Shown piece by piece: positions 36,107-50,336 of a stretch of DNA of 64,000 nucleotides. Within the stretch, counting starts at the first letter, position 1. Each line of letters begins with the position of its first letter. The notes beneath the pieces are model-generated. The model did no database searches. It was given only the letters and a program-made list of their open reading frames with translations, and was not told the origin of the DNA. A program made the position numbers and the translations under genes. The stretch is from Octopus sinensis. Its lineage: Eukaryota. The stretch covers positions 98,890,001-98,954,000 of the forward strand of contig NC_042998.1 of NCBI RefSeq assembly GCF_006345805.1, given 5' to 3'.

Positions 36107-39100
36107 AACCAATGATGGCAAACTCCAAATCTATTTATAATCCAGGAATGAAATATCATTCTACTATTTCTCTTTAACTGATGCTATCTATCAGAATTTT
36201 TCCCCTCCTTTTTTCATTTTATTTCCATATCACTGTGAGATATGTTATTATTAAGCCTAAAATCAACAGCAATCAAGCAGACATATGATTGAAAATATTA
36301 CAACCATGACCATCTCACCTTTTTAGGGATCTCATTACAAATATATCTTGTCTATCTTTGAGACACTAAGGTATGGCTGCTATTTCTTGTATAGAGGCTC
36401 CTTCATTGCCTGAGGTGTGTAGATGGAACTGACAGTTGACAGTTGTTTATTTTAATTGCTATTTTCTACAAGTTTTCACAAATGAAAAAGTATTCTCACT
36501 ATCAATTCTTACTGCAAGATGATTAAATCAATATGAAACTGATCTATGAACACACTTTAGGCATTTTTTTAAATATTTGTACTGTGTGTTAAAGCCTATA
36601 TACCTCAGATTACCAAGCTGTTAAAAATATATAATGCATTTTCCCAACATATAAGTTGAATTTTCCAAACCAAAATTTACAGCTAAAAATTAAGTAGTAT
36701 ACACCAAGACAACTTAGGAGGACAAAAAATTCCATGTGAAATGCAGTAGGATTTGGAAAGATATTGAAATTGGTGGAATGTTTACACTTCATCTTTATAC
36801 TATATGCTACATCGATTTGGATGCCAGAAAATGCAGCATCAGTTTATCTGAAATGTATGGTGAGATATACTGATTTCCTATCCCAGAAGAGATTTATATA
36901 ATGTAGCAAATTACTACAAAACCAGAGCTGAGCACTAACTCTTAAGTGATGATCAGAGCTTAGGTGATATTTACTTAACTCCACATCTTATGTACATAGA
37001 TACTGTATCTATCAATTTATGTTTTTACTTGCAAGGGCTAGATGAAGGGACCATGCTTATGGCCTTTGTAGACCCTCCTAAACAGATGAGATCAATGTAG
37101 CTAAGCTCTACTTAAAGTGTTGCAAGAAAAGACATGAGCAAAGAAGGAACTCCAGAGGGCCAATGTTCTGGGGTGGAAGGACAGTATTTAATGGTTAATG
37201 TGGAGCCTAGCTGGATTAGAGACATCATGGCTGATAATAGGCAGATAAATGAGTGAGTTGAAGAACATGAGTAAAGATGATATGGGACCAGCCAGCCAAA
37301 TCTGAAGTGCAGAGGTCATTATAGTTACCTTACCTGAGCTTTGTAGAATGGCAGCAACTGTTGAGGAGATTGAAATATTTTCAGTCCTTGAAAAGAAGGG
37401 CCAGTCTTTTAGGTGTGATCCCTGGCTATGTTAAGGAAGTGCTTTCATCATGAGAATTCCTCAGAGAATGAGGTCTAACATTTAATATTTGGAACTAGAT
37501 TCTGCTCATGTTTAAGTAGGCTGGTGGGGTAAGGTGCAATCAATAATATCTTCTTGATATAAGTAGTTATTTGTTTTCTCCCTTTTCTGCTAAAAAAGAC
37601 AAAATTTGTATGCCCTGATCTATTTCCTCTATATAAAATGGGACAAATTTCCATTTGGTAATTTACCATGAATTCATTTCAGTTCTAATACCACATGAAA
37701 TGGTTTATAAATGTATTATACACATTGATATATTTGTATAACAATCTCTGCTCTGTAGAGATTTGTTACTTTTGAAAGATAAAGAATTAATTCCAGTGAT
37801 ATGGATTCCATACAGCTGTTGACATCCTCTGAAAGTAAAACATAGAATTATGCACAGGATTTAGACTCAACATTTGAAGCTAACAAATTTGTGGCTCCAT
37901 AATTGAACCACTATATTGCTATGCAGCATGGTTAACTGTAATGTAATATAAAATTGTTGGGTATTGTTATAAAGATAAGCAATACAGATTGATTTATTTT
38001 GCAATATATTTTTAAAAAACACTATGTAAAATAGCACCTCAACTGTGGAAATTGAATATTAACAGTAAACTTATTTGTTGCTTGTGAAATATCAGATGAA
38101 GACAAGAGTTTAAAATATCTATTGATAATAAGATGTCTTCATGACCTGTACAAAAATATCATGATACATATGCTTTCTATAGAGATTGCTATACAAATAT
38201 TTAATAATATATAGTCCAATGATATATCATTTCATCTCTCTTGCTTCCTACTCCTATCTCTCAATTACTTATCTCTCAATCATTTCCTTCTGTGCTCAAT
38301 CTCACTCAATTATGTTATCAGTGTGACTAAGGTTGACATTAGATGTCTTTTGGTTGTCACACGTTGTATCCTCTCGCCAATGCCATTTTTACACATCTAT
38401 TTGCCATACATCACATTCTTTCAGCCATGCCTATTGCTCATCTCTGGATCATTCCATCCTCTTCTCAATCCTCATTGTACTATGTAGGTTTCTAATATGA
38501 CTGGGGGGACAGTAGATCTCTTTTGTTTACTGTTCACTGTACAATGCCTCAAGGGTAACTAAAAATACCCCTGCACCTATTCTCACCCTGTTTCCTACAC
38601 ACCTTTGTGTTGTAAAGACTTGCCTACTTACCATTACCCCTGCTATCACATTCATCTTTTGATCCAGTCCACTTCATAGCCTATGAATATGTATATGTAT
38701 ATGTATATGTGGTTACATATAACATTTGCTTATTTTACACTACCTTCATCCTCCACTCTATACTGCCTGTCATCACACCCTGTCTCCATGACTGCAATCA
38801 TACCTTGCACCTTTTCGCCCATACTTCCTAAGTCTCTGTCATAGCTCTCTATCCCCTGGGCATCATAGACTTCTATCACATCCCTGCCATCTCAGTCACA
38901 CTACCTAGTCTTGAATACACACGCCTATCTCAGAATACTGAGTACTCTCCCCTTTGTTGCATATCCCTCCTATCATTATAACTCATGTCTCTATTAATCA
39001 GGTTCCTCACTTTTTAAAGAATCTAGTGAGCAAGCAGACATACGAAGTAGTGGAGTTTCTTTTGTTGTGTTGGCTATTTCTCTAGTGCATGTGTCATGAA

Positions 39101-40270
39101 AAACTCACCCAGTACACTCTGTAAAGAGGCTGGTCTTCAAAAGGACATCTATTCACAGAAACTAAACCAAAAATGAAACACAAGTGAGATGAGATCTTTC
39201 AACCCATCTATGTAAGTAGTACCCCTGAATACATGCTGACTCCAACCGTGAATACTCTTCCAACCAATGCTAGCATGGAAAGCAGACATAAAACGACGAT
39301 GGTGGTGGTGGTGGTAACAATGACAATGATGGCAACACAGACGCAAAAAATGATGATGCTGCATTAATTGTATATATTACATTTGCAATATGTAGACGTA
39401 AAATAGTTTAATAGATACCTATGCTATGTGTATGAAGTGTGAAAGGCATATATTTGCATAATTTTTCTTCCAACAATGCTTAGTAACTCTAATATAGATA
39501 CAAGCAAAGAAAAATATATATTTCAAATGCATAAAAAAAAATAACCTTTAGTTGCTGACATAGTTTTAATTGTTGAGCTTTTTCTTGAGTTCAAACTTGT
39601 AAACTTTCATTGTATTCAGTTTTGCTTTGTTGTATTTCCATGCAAATATAAAAGAAGTAAGTTGAATACAACTTTCTAAACTTTTTTCTTTCTTTGTAAC
39701 AATGGTTCACAAGCTATTACCTATATCTTAAACATTTCTCTCCCGAAGGACATGTGTAACAAAAACTGATTCTCATATAACAAAATATTTTAATGTTTTG
39801 TTAGTAGAATCGGTATATGTAGTGGAAATATGTCTTTTTATCAGTTAAAAAGTATTACGTAGATATCAATGCCTTTAGCTACTTCAAATCTGTATGTATA
39901 AAGCAGAGGTTTTCAACCTTTCGTAGCCAACGCCCATTTCACCAAATGGTGTCTTATAAATACCTCCTTCACATGTTTTGAGAAAAAATAAAAGCATTAG
40001 TTTAATCAAACTGAAACAAACTTTGTGCATTGGTTTAATCCTATAATTTTTTAATGTTTTTCTGTCATTAGACTTCAGCCATGCTGGAGCACTGCTTTGA
40101 AGAATTTTAATCAAATGAATCAAACGCCAGTACTCACTTTTTAAGCCTGGTACTTATTTTATCAGTCTCTTTTACTGAACTGTTAAGTTACAAGGATTTA
40201 ACTAACTGGTTGTCAAGTGGCAGTAGAGGACAAACACAGTTATGCATCTGCATATGTAATAGATAATGAT

Positions 40271-40323
<53 letters not shown>

Positions 40324-42461
40324 GTATGTAGGTACATAAGTACATACATGGCAGTGCCATGTAAAAGTGCCTGTGTGGTAACCACATAGGAGCACCCATG
40401 CAGTGCCATGTTAAAGCACTCATGCAGTGCTATGTAAAAGCATCCAGCACACTAAGTAAAGTGGTTGGTATTAGGAAAGGCATCTGGCCATAGAAACCAT
40501 GCCAAATCAGATTGGGGTCTGGTGCATCCTCCCCCCAACCCCCAACCCCAGTTTGCCAGCTCTGGACATACCATCCAACCCATATCAGCATGGAGAATGG
40601 ACGTTAAATGATGATGTTGATGATGACCAGCTTCTTTCAGTTTCTGTCCTGAAAATCCACTCACAAGGCTTTGGTTGGCCTGTGGTTATAGTAGAAGACA
40701 TTTGCTCAAGGTGTCATGCAGTGGGACTGAACCCAGAACCATGTGGTTAGGAAGCAAACTTCTTATCACACAGCCACACTTCTATACTGTCTATATTATC
40801 TATATTTCTGATTACTAACCCCATCCAGCTTGTGTTGCATTTTAGATATTTCCATTGACTTTTGCATCCTATATCAAATTTTTATGGAAATTATTAAAGA
40901 AGACACAAACACATAATAAAATTATTATACTCAACTCTGGTACATAGTAAGTCCTCTTCTCTGATATCTCAATGTCCAACTAATATTTTAATCCTCACAA
41001 ACATTTTTTTGAAAATATGCTTAAAATATAAGTATTGTGTACATGGTTTAAATATTTTATTTTTAAGAGAAATCAAGACCCCTCTAAATAAAAAGCACCC
41101 TCTCCACCATAGTGCAACCTCCCCCATGGTACTCCATTTCCTTGTGAACTCATTATATCTCCAGGTTAAGAATCACTGATCTAAAAGATAACTATAACTG
41201 GGTGATGTTAATGCAATTAAACTCTTCTAGGTTCAACAGTAGAATACTTGAGTTAGTATTTTTAAATGCAGGATTCAAATTTTGCCTTCATCTCAGTCTT
41301 GAATTTACAGTCTTGTAGTTCACAAATTCTTATTCAATAAAGTCTAGTTGTTCAAATATGTAACACTCATGAAGGTCTTTTTATTTTTTAATTTTTTTTT
41401 TATTTTCCTAAATTGAAATCAATTCAAAACCAATGTGTACAGAATGAAATAGAATAGAAAATAAGTATTTCTCTTTAAATTGCTACTGCTGTTGTTTTAC
41501 TACAAGTAATTTTTGATTGAGCAAACCTGTAATCAAAGATGTTCTAGCCATGATCATTCCATCTTTTTTTTTTTTTTTCAGATATAGTGTACCAAAGACT
41601 GTATTATCGAGATGGTAGGATATGATTCGAAGGAGATTTGTTAGGTTGTTAAATTACTTGTTTAATTTACAAGAAATTGCAGAGAAGAGTTAAGAATTTT
41701 AGGGTTACACACTTATTGTATAGGCTGAAGAGTTGAAGGTCTACATCCTGTTATTAAATTGGTGTACATCTAAGGAAAAGGCTCTTAACTCTTAATGGTT
41801 CAGTCTACCTTGATGTAAATGAAGAAACACATGGAAGTACAAGTTGTTTGTGTGTATTGTATGATATTTTTGCATGCAGAGCTGTTGGTACACTGGCACC
41901 TTTTCCAAGAGGAATGATGTCCTTCAACCAAGTAACTGGGTCTCCATCAGTTTCAATGTTGAGTATTCAGTTGTTCACTCAACTGAATTACCTACTCATT
42001 GTATTAGCAGCTAAGTGGCTGAGTATTCCAGTTAACATAATCCTCAGGTGGAGTCCGTATCATACACTGTGACAAAGCTGCAGATTTTGAATAACAGGTA
42101 GAGTTCATCTGACCTGACAACCTTCCTAACTGTTTCTATCTCCCCACTTTCACCTACAAGATTTGGGTCAACTTGAAGCAATGTTATCTGGCACCTGCCT
42201 GAAATGCCATGCTGTAGGATTGAACGCAAAACCTCATGATCACAAAGCTTACTTGATAGTCATTCAGCTAAGCTGCATCCATCTCACCTGAGTACCTCCT
42301 TGAAAACAAAAGTAAGATACAGTACACCATGACATTCATTTTTTGTGTAGCAGCAGCCGTATGTGTAAAAATTATACTTAATACAATAGCATAAATACCA
42401 AAGTTGCTATATCAAAAAAAAACCCAGATATAATTGCAATAAATTACAGTACATTTTAAAA

Positions 42462-42563
42462 TCATCATCATCATCACCACCACCACCACCACCACCACCC
42501 ACCACCACCACCACCATCATCATCACCACCACCACCACCACCACCACCACCATCATCATCACC

Positions 42564-42633
<70 letters not shown>

Positions 42634-42707
42634 CCACCAACACCAACACCAACACCAACACCACCACTACCACCATCATCATCGTCGTCGTCAACAACAA
42701 CAACAAC
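42462..42707. repeat. Compound trinucleotide array (CAT)n/(CAC)n/(CGT)n/(CAA)n, ~245 bp
   Basis: Direct reading of the sequence. Confidence 0.95.
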
Positions 42708-43789
42708 TATGTCATTCTCTAAAGGGGAAATGAATGAGTAGCATCAAGCTCAAGTACAGTTTATATAAATTTTATGTCTTAATGTAAAGCGGAAGAGTTT
42801 GAAAATGTAACCCTCTAATTAGATATGCTCCACACTACCCACCCCCAAAATTCTTGATTTTACAGCATTTTCAGCTCTAAAGAAGATGACACAACAGGTA
42901 CATGTGAGATACTATTCATCATAAATGTATATTGCATGCAGTTTTTGCTTTTGCATTTTTTTCTTTTTCTTTGCTGGTGTCAAGATGAAGGACACTGCTT
43001 CTGGCTGAAAACACACTTTGGCAATTGGAGTTGGCCTGTAATAGTTTAAGAAAGGAGGTTAACAAGGGCTTTGTTGTAGTCCTGTCTCATGAATTGTACA
43101 TACAGGATTAAAGATGTAAGATGCCTTCCAGCAGCTCTGGTTACTCACACACACATGCATAACATACACACACACACACACATGTGCACGCACACACATG
43201 CATAACATACACACAAACATACATAAACAAATTGTACCAACTGAAGCTTCGCAATCACGAAATTCTGAGTTCAGCTCCACTGCATAGCATCTTCGGCAAG
43301 TGGCAGATACAATTGTCTTAGGTTGCCCAAGGCTTGTGAGAGAAATTAATAGGTACAAGGCTACAAACTTGTGAAGAGGAAACAGTTGATAAACAGAAAA
43401 ATATTGGAGATTAAGAGGAGAAAAATGTGTGAAGGAATGTCAGAAGTAGTTAATGTATGACTAAACTTTTAGGGAAATTATTTAGATTATTTGGATAACT
43501 AAAGCAAGTGAAATCAAGAGCTCTGAGAAGTAAAATGAATATAATAATAATAATGGTTTTGAGATTTTGGCACAGGTCCAGCAGAGTTAGAATGGAGGAG
43601 GAAGTTGTTTACATCGACTCCAGTACTAGTACTTATTTTATCGAACACTCTCATTGGAAGAAAGGCAAAGTCGACCATGGAGGAATTTGAACTCAAAATG
43701 TAAAGACAGACAAAATACTGCTAAACATTTTGCCCAGCATGCAAACAATTCTGCCAGCTCACAACCTTAAATATTAATAATAATGATAA

Positions 43790-43990
43790 TATAAATACAT
43801 AACCAAAGCACCAGAACTTCTGAATATATATAACATACAGAAAATCTCACTGTTAGGCACCACATACACCCTACGTAAAAACTTTAAATATAGTGAAAAT
43901 AACAGCACCAAAACAAACCACAGCACATACCCAAGACACACAGAGCTGCACTCAGTAGTGCAGTGAACACACATAATAAAAATAAGACTA

Positions 43991-43993
<3 letters not shown>
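43790..43993 (+). mobile_element. Very short 3' end of an R4/Dong-type non-LTR element in a (TAA)n tract
   Basis: Diverged copy of 45190-45398 (NIQKISLLGT + 3' UTR ...GACTACTGAA) followed by (TAA)n. Confidence 0.75.
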
Positions 43994-44046
<53 letters not shown>

Positions 44047-44611
44047 TAATTTTCAACTAGCAATAACCATGCCTCGGATTTACCTCATTGGCCAATGGTA
44101 CCGCCTCTTCAGACTTCCACCAGCAAGCTAGATAACTAATGCATTAGACATTCAACACACAATTTAAGCAGTAATACAACAAAAGACTGCACCACACCTC
44201 AAGAAAGAAAAAAACTAATGCAATACAATACTGGGAAGGGTTTGCACACTCCCAACAACAGAAGAGAACACACAATGCTGCACACACCCTCAGGAACATG
44301 AAGGTGTAGCAGATGATGAAGAAATTTGCCTCAAACGGCCAAATGTTGAACAATTATATAATAATAATACAACAACAAAACAACACTAATGGTTTCAAAT
44401 TTTGGCATAAGGCTAGCAAATTCAGGGCAGGAGGTTAAGTCCAGTGACCCCAGTGCTCTACCAGTACTTATTTTATTTTATTGACTCTGAAAGGATGAAA
44501 GAAGTTGACCTCAGCAGAATTTGAACTCGGAATGTAAAGATGAACAAAATGACACTAAGTATTTTGACTTGTGTGCTAACGATTGTGTCAGGTCACCGCC
44601 TAAATAATAAT

Positions 44612-44665
<54 letters not shown>

Positions 44666-45395
44666 TTCCCCACCAGAAATTACCAAAAACATGCAATGAA
44701 AAGAAATATTACAAGTAACTGCAGAATATGTGGAGATGGACAAGAAACAATAAATCATATTATCTCTAGCTGCCCAGTCCTGGCTAAGAAGGAATATATT
44801 CACAGACATGACAGAGTTGGAACCTACATACATTGGAAGCTATGCCAACATTATGGAATAACAACAGAAAAAAGATGGTATAGGCACACACCAGAAAAGG
44901 TCACAGAAAAGGTCACAGAAAACGAGAAAGCAACCATACTCTGGGATATGCCGATACACACAGATAGAGAAATTAAGGCCAACAGACCAGATATAGTTGT
45001 CAGAGACCATGAAGAAAAAAAATGCTTTCTAATTGATGTATCAATACCGGCTGATGACAACGTGTCTCTAAAAGAAATGGAGAAGCTCTCAAAATACAAA
45101 GACCTGGAAATAGAGGTAACTAGAATGTGGAATCTGAAAACAGAAACAATTCCTATCATAGTAGGTGCATTAGGCATGATAAAAAAATATTCAGACAAAT
45201 ACATAACAAAAACACCAGGACTTACAAACACATATAACATACAGAAAATTGCACTACTAGGCACTGCACACATCCTACGCAGAACACTTTCCATACAATA
45301 ACCATCAGAGCATCACAACAAATCACAGCACATACCCAAGGCACACAGAGCTGCGCTCGGTAGTGAAGTGAAAGCACGCTATAAAAATAAAACTA

Positions 45396-45398
<3 letters not shown>
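44666..45398 (+). mobile_element. 5'-truncated R4/Dong-type non-LTR retrotransposon (CCHC finger plus restriction-like endonuclease) in (TAA)n
   Basis: CRICGDGQETINHIISSC, RHDRV, WDMPI.TD....NRPDIVV, IDVSIP, EKLSKY, IIVGALG; open to the stop at 45301; (TAA)n on both sides. Confidence 0.9.
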
Positions 45399-45455
<57 letters not shown>

Positions 45456-46300
45456 AAGAAGAAGAAAGCAGTGGAAGTGTTATCATGTACATTGTTTTAT
45501 CTTGGTATAAAAAATGAACAAATATTCTGTTCAATACCACAGATTTGCTTGTCAGTTGTTTGACTTTAATCAGTTGAGCATGTCCCTTAGTGGCTGATGA
45601 TATGTGCATCTCTGATCATGAGCAGAAGTAGTCGGGGAGCAATTCTTTTGGGTTTGGACAACCTTTAATCAGGGACTTTTTGAGTGGGATAGGCTACTCA
45701 ACTTGAAGAAAATTCTAACTGGGCCCCTCTTGCAAGGTCATGCACTGTTTAACTTGATATGAGATCACCATGTTTTGCATATATGGTTGTGATGCATGTG
45801 CCTAGTGTACCCTTAACAGGCAAGTAGTCATAATGGGTATATTGGGCTTCGTATATTTTATCACAGTGTCACTTTGATAGCATGTACTGCTCTCTCACTC
45901 AATAATAATTCCTAATTTTAACACAAGATCAGTAATTTTGAGGTATAGGGAAAGTGCTTGACTGGTACTTTATTTTATCAGCTCCTAAAAGGCTGAAAGG
46001 CAAATTTGACTTCAATGGGATTTGATCTCAGAATGCATAGAAGTGGAAGAAATGCCATTAAGTATTTTGTCCAATACACCAGTTATGATTTCTTTTATTT
46101 GCCACACCAAATGGCAATGAATTAGAAGAATAAATTATTAATGGTAGGGTTTACATAGAATTGATTCAGGCATGGAAAACAACAGTATACAAAAGGAATC
46201 AAATGAGATGTTCCAATACATTCAATCATCACTTTACCATGAAGTGCAAGAGCCTCCTCTTGTGCTGCCCAGTTGTGCTGTCCAGTCTAGTAAAACTTAC

Positions 46301-46392
46301 GCAGAGTGGGCCCAGTCACCAGGGTTATTTTTGTCACTTTCAGTCACCTCCCAGTAAATTTGCTGGAGAGCAATACCGCTTATCCTAATCAG
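46301..46392 (-). CDS. Candidate 92-nt internal exon (LIRISGIALQQIYWEVTESDKNNPGDWAHS), phase 0-2
   Basis: Acceptor cttctctttctag|, donor |gtaagt, a single open frame, and in phase with the 52.0-kb exon. An alternative acceptor lies 8 nt downstream. Confidence 0.6.
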
Positions 46393-47988
46393 CTAGAAAG
46401 AGAAGCTGAATTTCTTTAAAATCACAATGTATCACTTTTGAAAAGGAAAGATACATTGAACAACATTGAACATCCTAGACATTCAAAGAAGAGATGGTTA
46501 TAGCTAAAATTGTTTTGATAATTACTTTCAAAATTGTAGGTTTGTTGGACAAGGACAAACCTACCTCTCCAAGTTGAAGTTGAGCATGGAGAATTTAATG
46601 AAGGCTTGGCAAAAGAGGAAAATGCCTGTTTTCAGTTGTCTTAATATTGTCCACCATAATATTTCTTTCATTATAACTACCAGACAGTTTTCTTCTGCTT
46701 GGTAGCATCTGTACAACTCAGCTAGGACAAATATAACACAAGGAACTTCTACTTAAAAACTTCAGTTTAATGGATTTTTCACCAACAAATGTATTAATCA
46801 CAAAAGTTATGCATTTCATCAACATAGATGTTGTGGTTTAGTCAAAGATTCTTCCTGATCCAACAAACCCACAGTTTCAAAGATAATTATCAAAACAATT
46901 CCAGCTATGATCATACTCTTCCTTTTTGTATATCTAGGATTACATTGTTCAATGTATCCTTCCTTCTTAAAAGCGATATGCTTTGATTTGAAGGAAATTC
47001 AGCTGCAATTTCTAACAGGTCAGCTAATTGCATAGAAGCTTCCTTGTTGGATATAGGTACTACACTTTCTTCATTGATGGGTCATATGTCTGCAACAAGA
47101 TGTTTGACCAACAAACTAAGCAGAAAAGCATATTGAAAACATAACTCTCATGCACAGAACACCTTGACAAAATTGGTCGTGCAATCAATTGTATTAGTAG
47201 ACAAACATTACCCAAAACTCAGTATATAAATAGGACACCCTTGTAATGAATTCAAACACAATACTAATGATCAGATTACAATGTAATAGCAAAGAGAAAT
47301 TCTATGCCAATGGTTATACAATTTATATACAACACACAACGCTCAAAGACATAAACAACAAACGTATTGTTTTCTCTTTCCTAAAATTTAAAAGAAAATA
47401 GAACGCAAGTATCAATTGTCAATACAAATATTTGCATGAAGGTCAGAGAAGGCTTTGAAATGCTAATATTACTGTGGATTTTAAAGCAGTGAGCTGGCAT
47501 AATCATTAACACACTGGCAAAATTCTTAGCAACATTTTAACTGTCTTTATGTTGTTAGTTCAAATCCCACTGAGATCAACTTTGCCTTTCATCCTTTTGG
47601 GGTTGATAACATAAGTACTATTTGAACACTGGAGTCGATGTAATTGACTTAACCCCTCCTCCAAAATTGCCGGCCTTGTGCCAAAATTTGAAACTAATAT
47701 TATTGTGGATTTTGAAACTTTACTACTCCAACAAAACATTGATTAAAAATAAACGTGAAAGAAAACCTTTAATTTTTTTCTTATACTAGTTGCAGTCATT
47801 GGACTGCAGCCATGCTGGGGCAATACCTTGAAGGATTTTTATCAAACAAATTGAGCTCAGTACTTAGGTTTTTTTAAAGTCTGGTACTTCTGTCTGTCAC
47901 TTATACCAAACCATTAAGTTATGGAGATGATGTAAACAAACCAACACTGGTTGTCAAGCGGTAGGAGCAGGGAGCAAACACAAAGACA

Positions 47989-48030
<42 letters not shown>

Positions 48031-48929
48031 CCTATATAATCATCATTATCATTATTTAATGTCCATTTTCCATGCTGCTTGGGTTGAATGGTTTGACATG
48101 AGCTGACAAGACAGAAAACTGCACCAGGCTTTGTTCCTGCTTTGGTTTGGTTTCTACAGCTGCACATCCTTCTATCTGTCAACCATTTTATGGAGTGTAC
48201 TGGGTACTTTTTATGTGGCATCAGCACTGGTGCTTTTTATGTAGCACCAGCACCAGCAGGGTTGCTAAGTATTTGGCAAAACCCCTTTGGCTGGCAGACA
48301 GAGAAGTACTGAGAGAGGCAGCTTTGTGCCAGTTGAGAAGTTAAAATACAATAAAGGGATAGAGATAGGCATCTTACAATAGAGGAGATACTTGGGTACC
48401 TCAGTAGGAAAAGAAAGGAGAAGGAGAGATAGAGTTACAGAGAAAAAAAATAGAGAGACATACAGGGTAAGAGAGGGAGAGAGAGAAATAGATGGTGTTG
48501 GAAATGCAGTGAGACATACCACAAAGTACAGTGGGACATACCCACAAAGTACAGTGGATGGGATGTTTTATAAGAGTGTGATGAGAGATGCTTAGGGATA
48601 GGGAAGAGGTGACTGTAGCAAATGATGGTGATTGTGGGTGGTGAGAAGGGGGTGTTGTGAACAAAAGTTGTGAGTTTTGACAGAAGACAGATTGTGTGTG
48701 TCGTGTGGGGCATGGGCATAAAATACATGCCATGTATGTGTATATATATACGGTGGCACATAAAAAGCACCCACTACACTCACGGAGTGGTTGGCATTAG
48801 GAAGGGCATCCAGCTGTAGAAGTATTGCCAGATCAGACTGGAGCCTAGTGCAGCCTCTTGGCTTCCCTGACCCCGGTCGAACCATCCAACCCATGCTAGC
48901 ATCAAAAATGGATGTTAAATGATGATGAT

Positions 48930-49101
<172 letters not shown>

Positions 49102-49480
49102 TCATCAGTAGCAGCAGCAGCAGCATCATTGTTTAATATTTGCTTTCCATGCTGGCATGGGTTGGATGGTTTGACTGATGTATGGCAAGCCTGTGGGCTG
49201 CATATATATAAAAAAAAAAAAAACAGAGGAAAAAAAGACAAGAAAAAACAACCATGTGAGGATATGGTACATGTAAAGTAATAATAAGATGGTCAGGGAA
49301 GGAAAGAAAGGGTGTTTTACTTTTCAAGCAAAGCTCTTCTTCAGAAACAGGAGACAAGGGGAAGTTCAAAAGAAAAGGAAGACAGAGGGAAAAAAGCACC
49401 AACAATCCATATATAGTTACATTTTGGAATGTGTATATATGTGTGTGTGTGTGTATAATCATATATATCTATATATATAT

Positions 49481-49803
49481 AGTGAAGGCGCGTGGCTTAG
49501 TGGTTAGGGCATTCGGCTCATGATCGTAAGGTTGTGAGTTCGATTCCCGGCGGCGCGTTGTGTCCTTGAGCAAGACACTTTATTTCACGTTGCTCCAGTC
49601 CACTCAGCTGGCAAAAATGAGTTGTACTTGTATTTCAAAGGGTCAGCCTTGTCACTCTCTGTGTCACGCTGATTATCCCCGAGAACTACGTTAAGGGTAC
49701 ACGTGTCTGTGGAATGCTCAGCCATTTGCACGTTAATTTCACGAGCAAGCTGTTCCGTTGATCGTATCAGCTGGGACCCTCGTCGTCATAACCGGCGGAG
49801 TCT
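49481..49803 (+). mobile_element. tRNA-derived SINE, young CpG-rich copy
   Basis: Box A TGGCTTAGTGG, box B GAGTTCGATTCC and core TTGTGTCCTTGAGCAAGACACTT. Partial relatives at ~50378, ~53278 and ~59690. Confidence 0.85.
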
Positions 49804-50164
49804 TATTATTATATATATATATATATATATGCAAGGGCTTCTACATAGCTTCCATTCACCATATTCACTCACAAGGTGTTGGTCAGCCTGGTGTTATACT
49901 AAAAGACATTTCCCAGGGCACCACACAGTAGAAATTAACCTGAAAGCATATGGTTACAAAGTGAGCTTCTTAGTCAAACAGCTATGAAATAAGGACAGGG
50001 AAATACTTCATGTATTTGGTTAAAACATTTTACATTGTCTTTCATAATTCTGAGGGTCAATAAAATAAAGAACCAAGTAGGAAATGGTGTTGATTTCGCT
50101 AATCATAATTCTCCCATAAAACATGAGCCCTTGTTCCTATTCTTAGAAAGCAATAATACACATT

Positions 50165-50202
<38 letters not shown>

Positions 50203-50282
50203 AAATACAAAATGGGACAAGAACGGGTCAATATATATATATATATATATGTATAAATGGGACAATATATATATGTGTGTGT

Positions 50283-50336
<54 letters not shown>

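Noticed and set aside
37333-37385. Apparent exon LKIFQSPQQLLPFYKAQ|gtaagg
   Set aside because: It lies within a decayed LINE; LLxLYKAQVR is an RT C-terminal motif, so the donor is coincidental.
39884-40123. Minus-strand ORF with an apparent acceptor (GGIYKTPFGEMGVGYERLKT)
   Set aside because: It overlaps CAGAGGTTTTCAACCTT, which resembles a hAT-type MITE terminus, and ends in a stop with no supporting context.
42407-42706. ORF encoding poly-Met/Val/Gly; likewise the many poly-YI, poly-HT and poly-CV ORFs in the track
   Set aside because: These are translations of microsatellites, which lack stop codons in some frames.
44851-45294. 147-aa antisense ORF over the R4/Dong fragment; similar antisense ORFs over pol and RTE pieces
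   Set aside because: Shadow ORFs on the opposite strand of real coding sequence.
46565-46721. Open minus-strand frame ending at GAG|gtaggt just upstream of the 46.3-kb exon
   Set aside because: Two possible acceptors; neither phase fits a direct 52.0-kb to 46.3-kb chain without extra assumptions. Left unresolved.
49481-49560. tRNA-like sequence with A and B boxes (also at 647, 10251, 50378)
   Set aside because: It continues into a SINE core and tail and has no complete acceptor stem, so it is a SINE head and not a tRNA gene.
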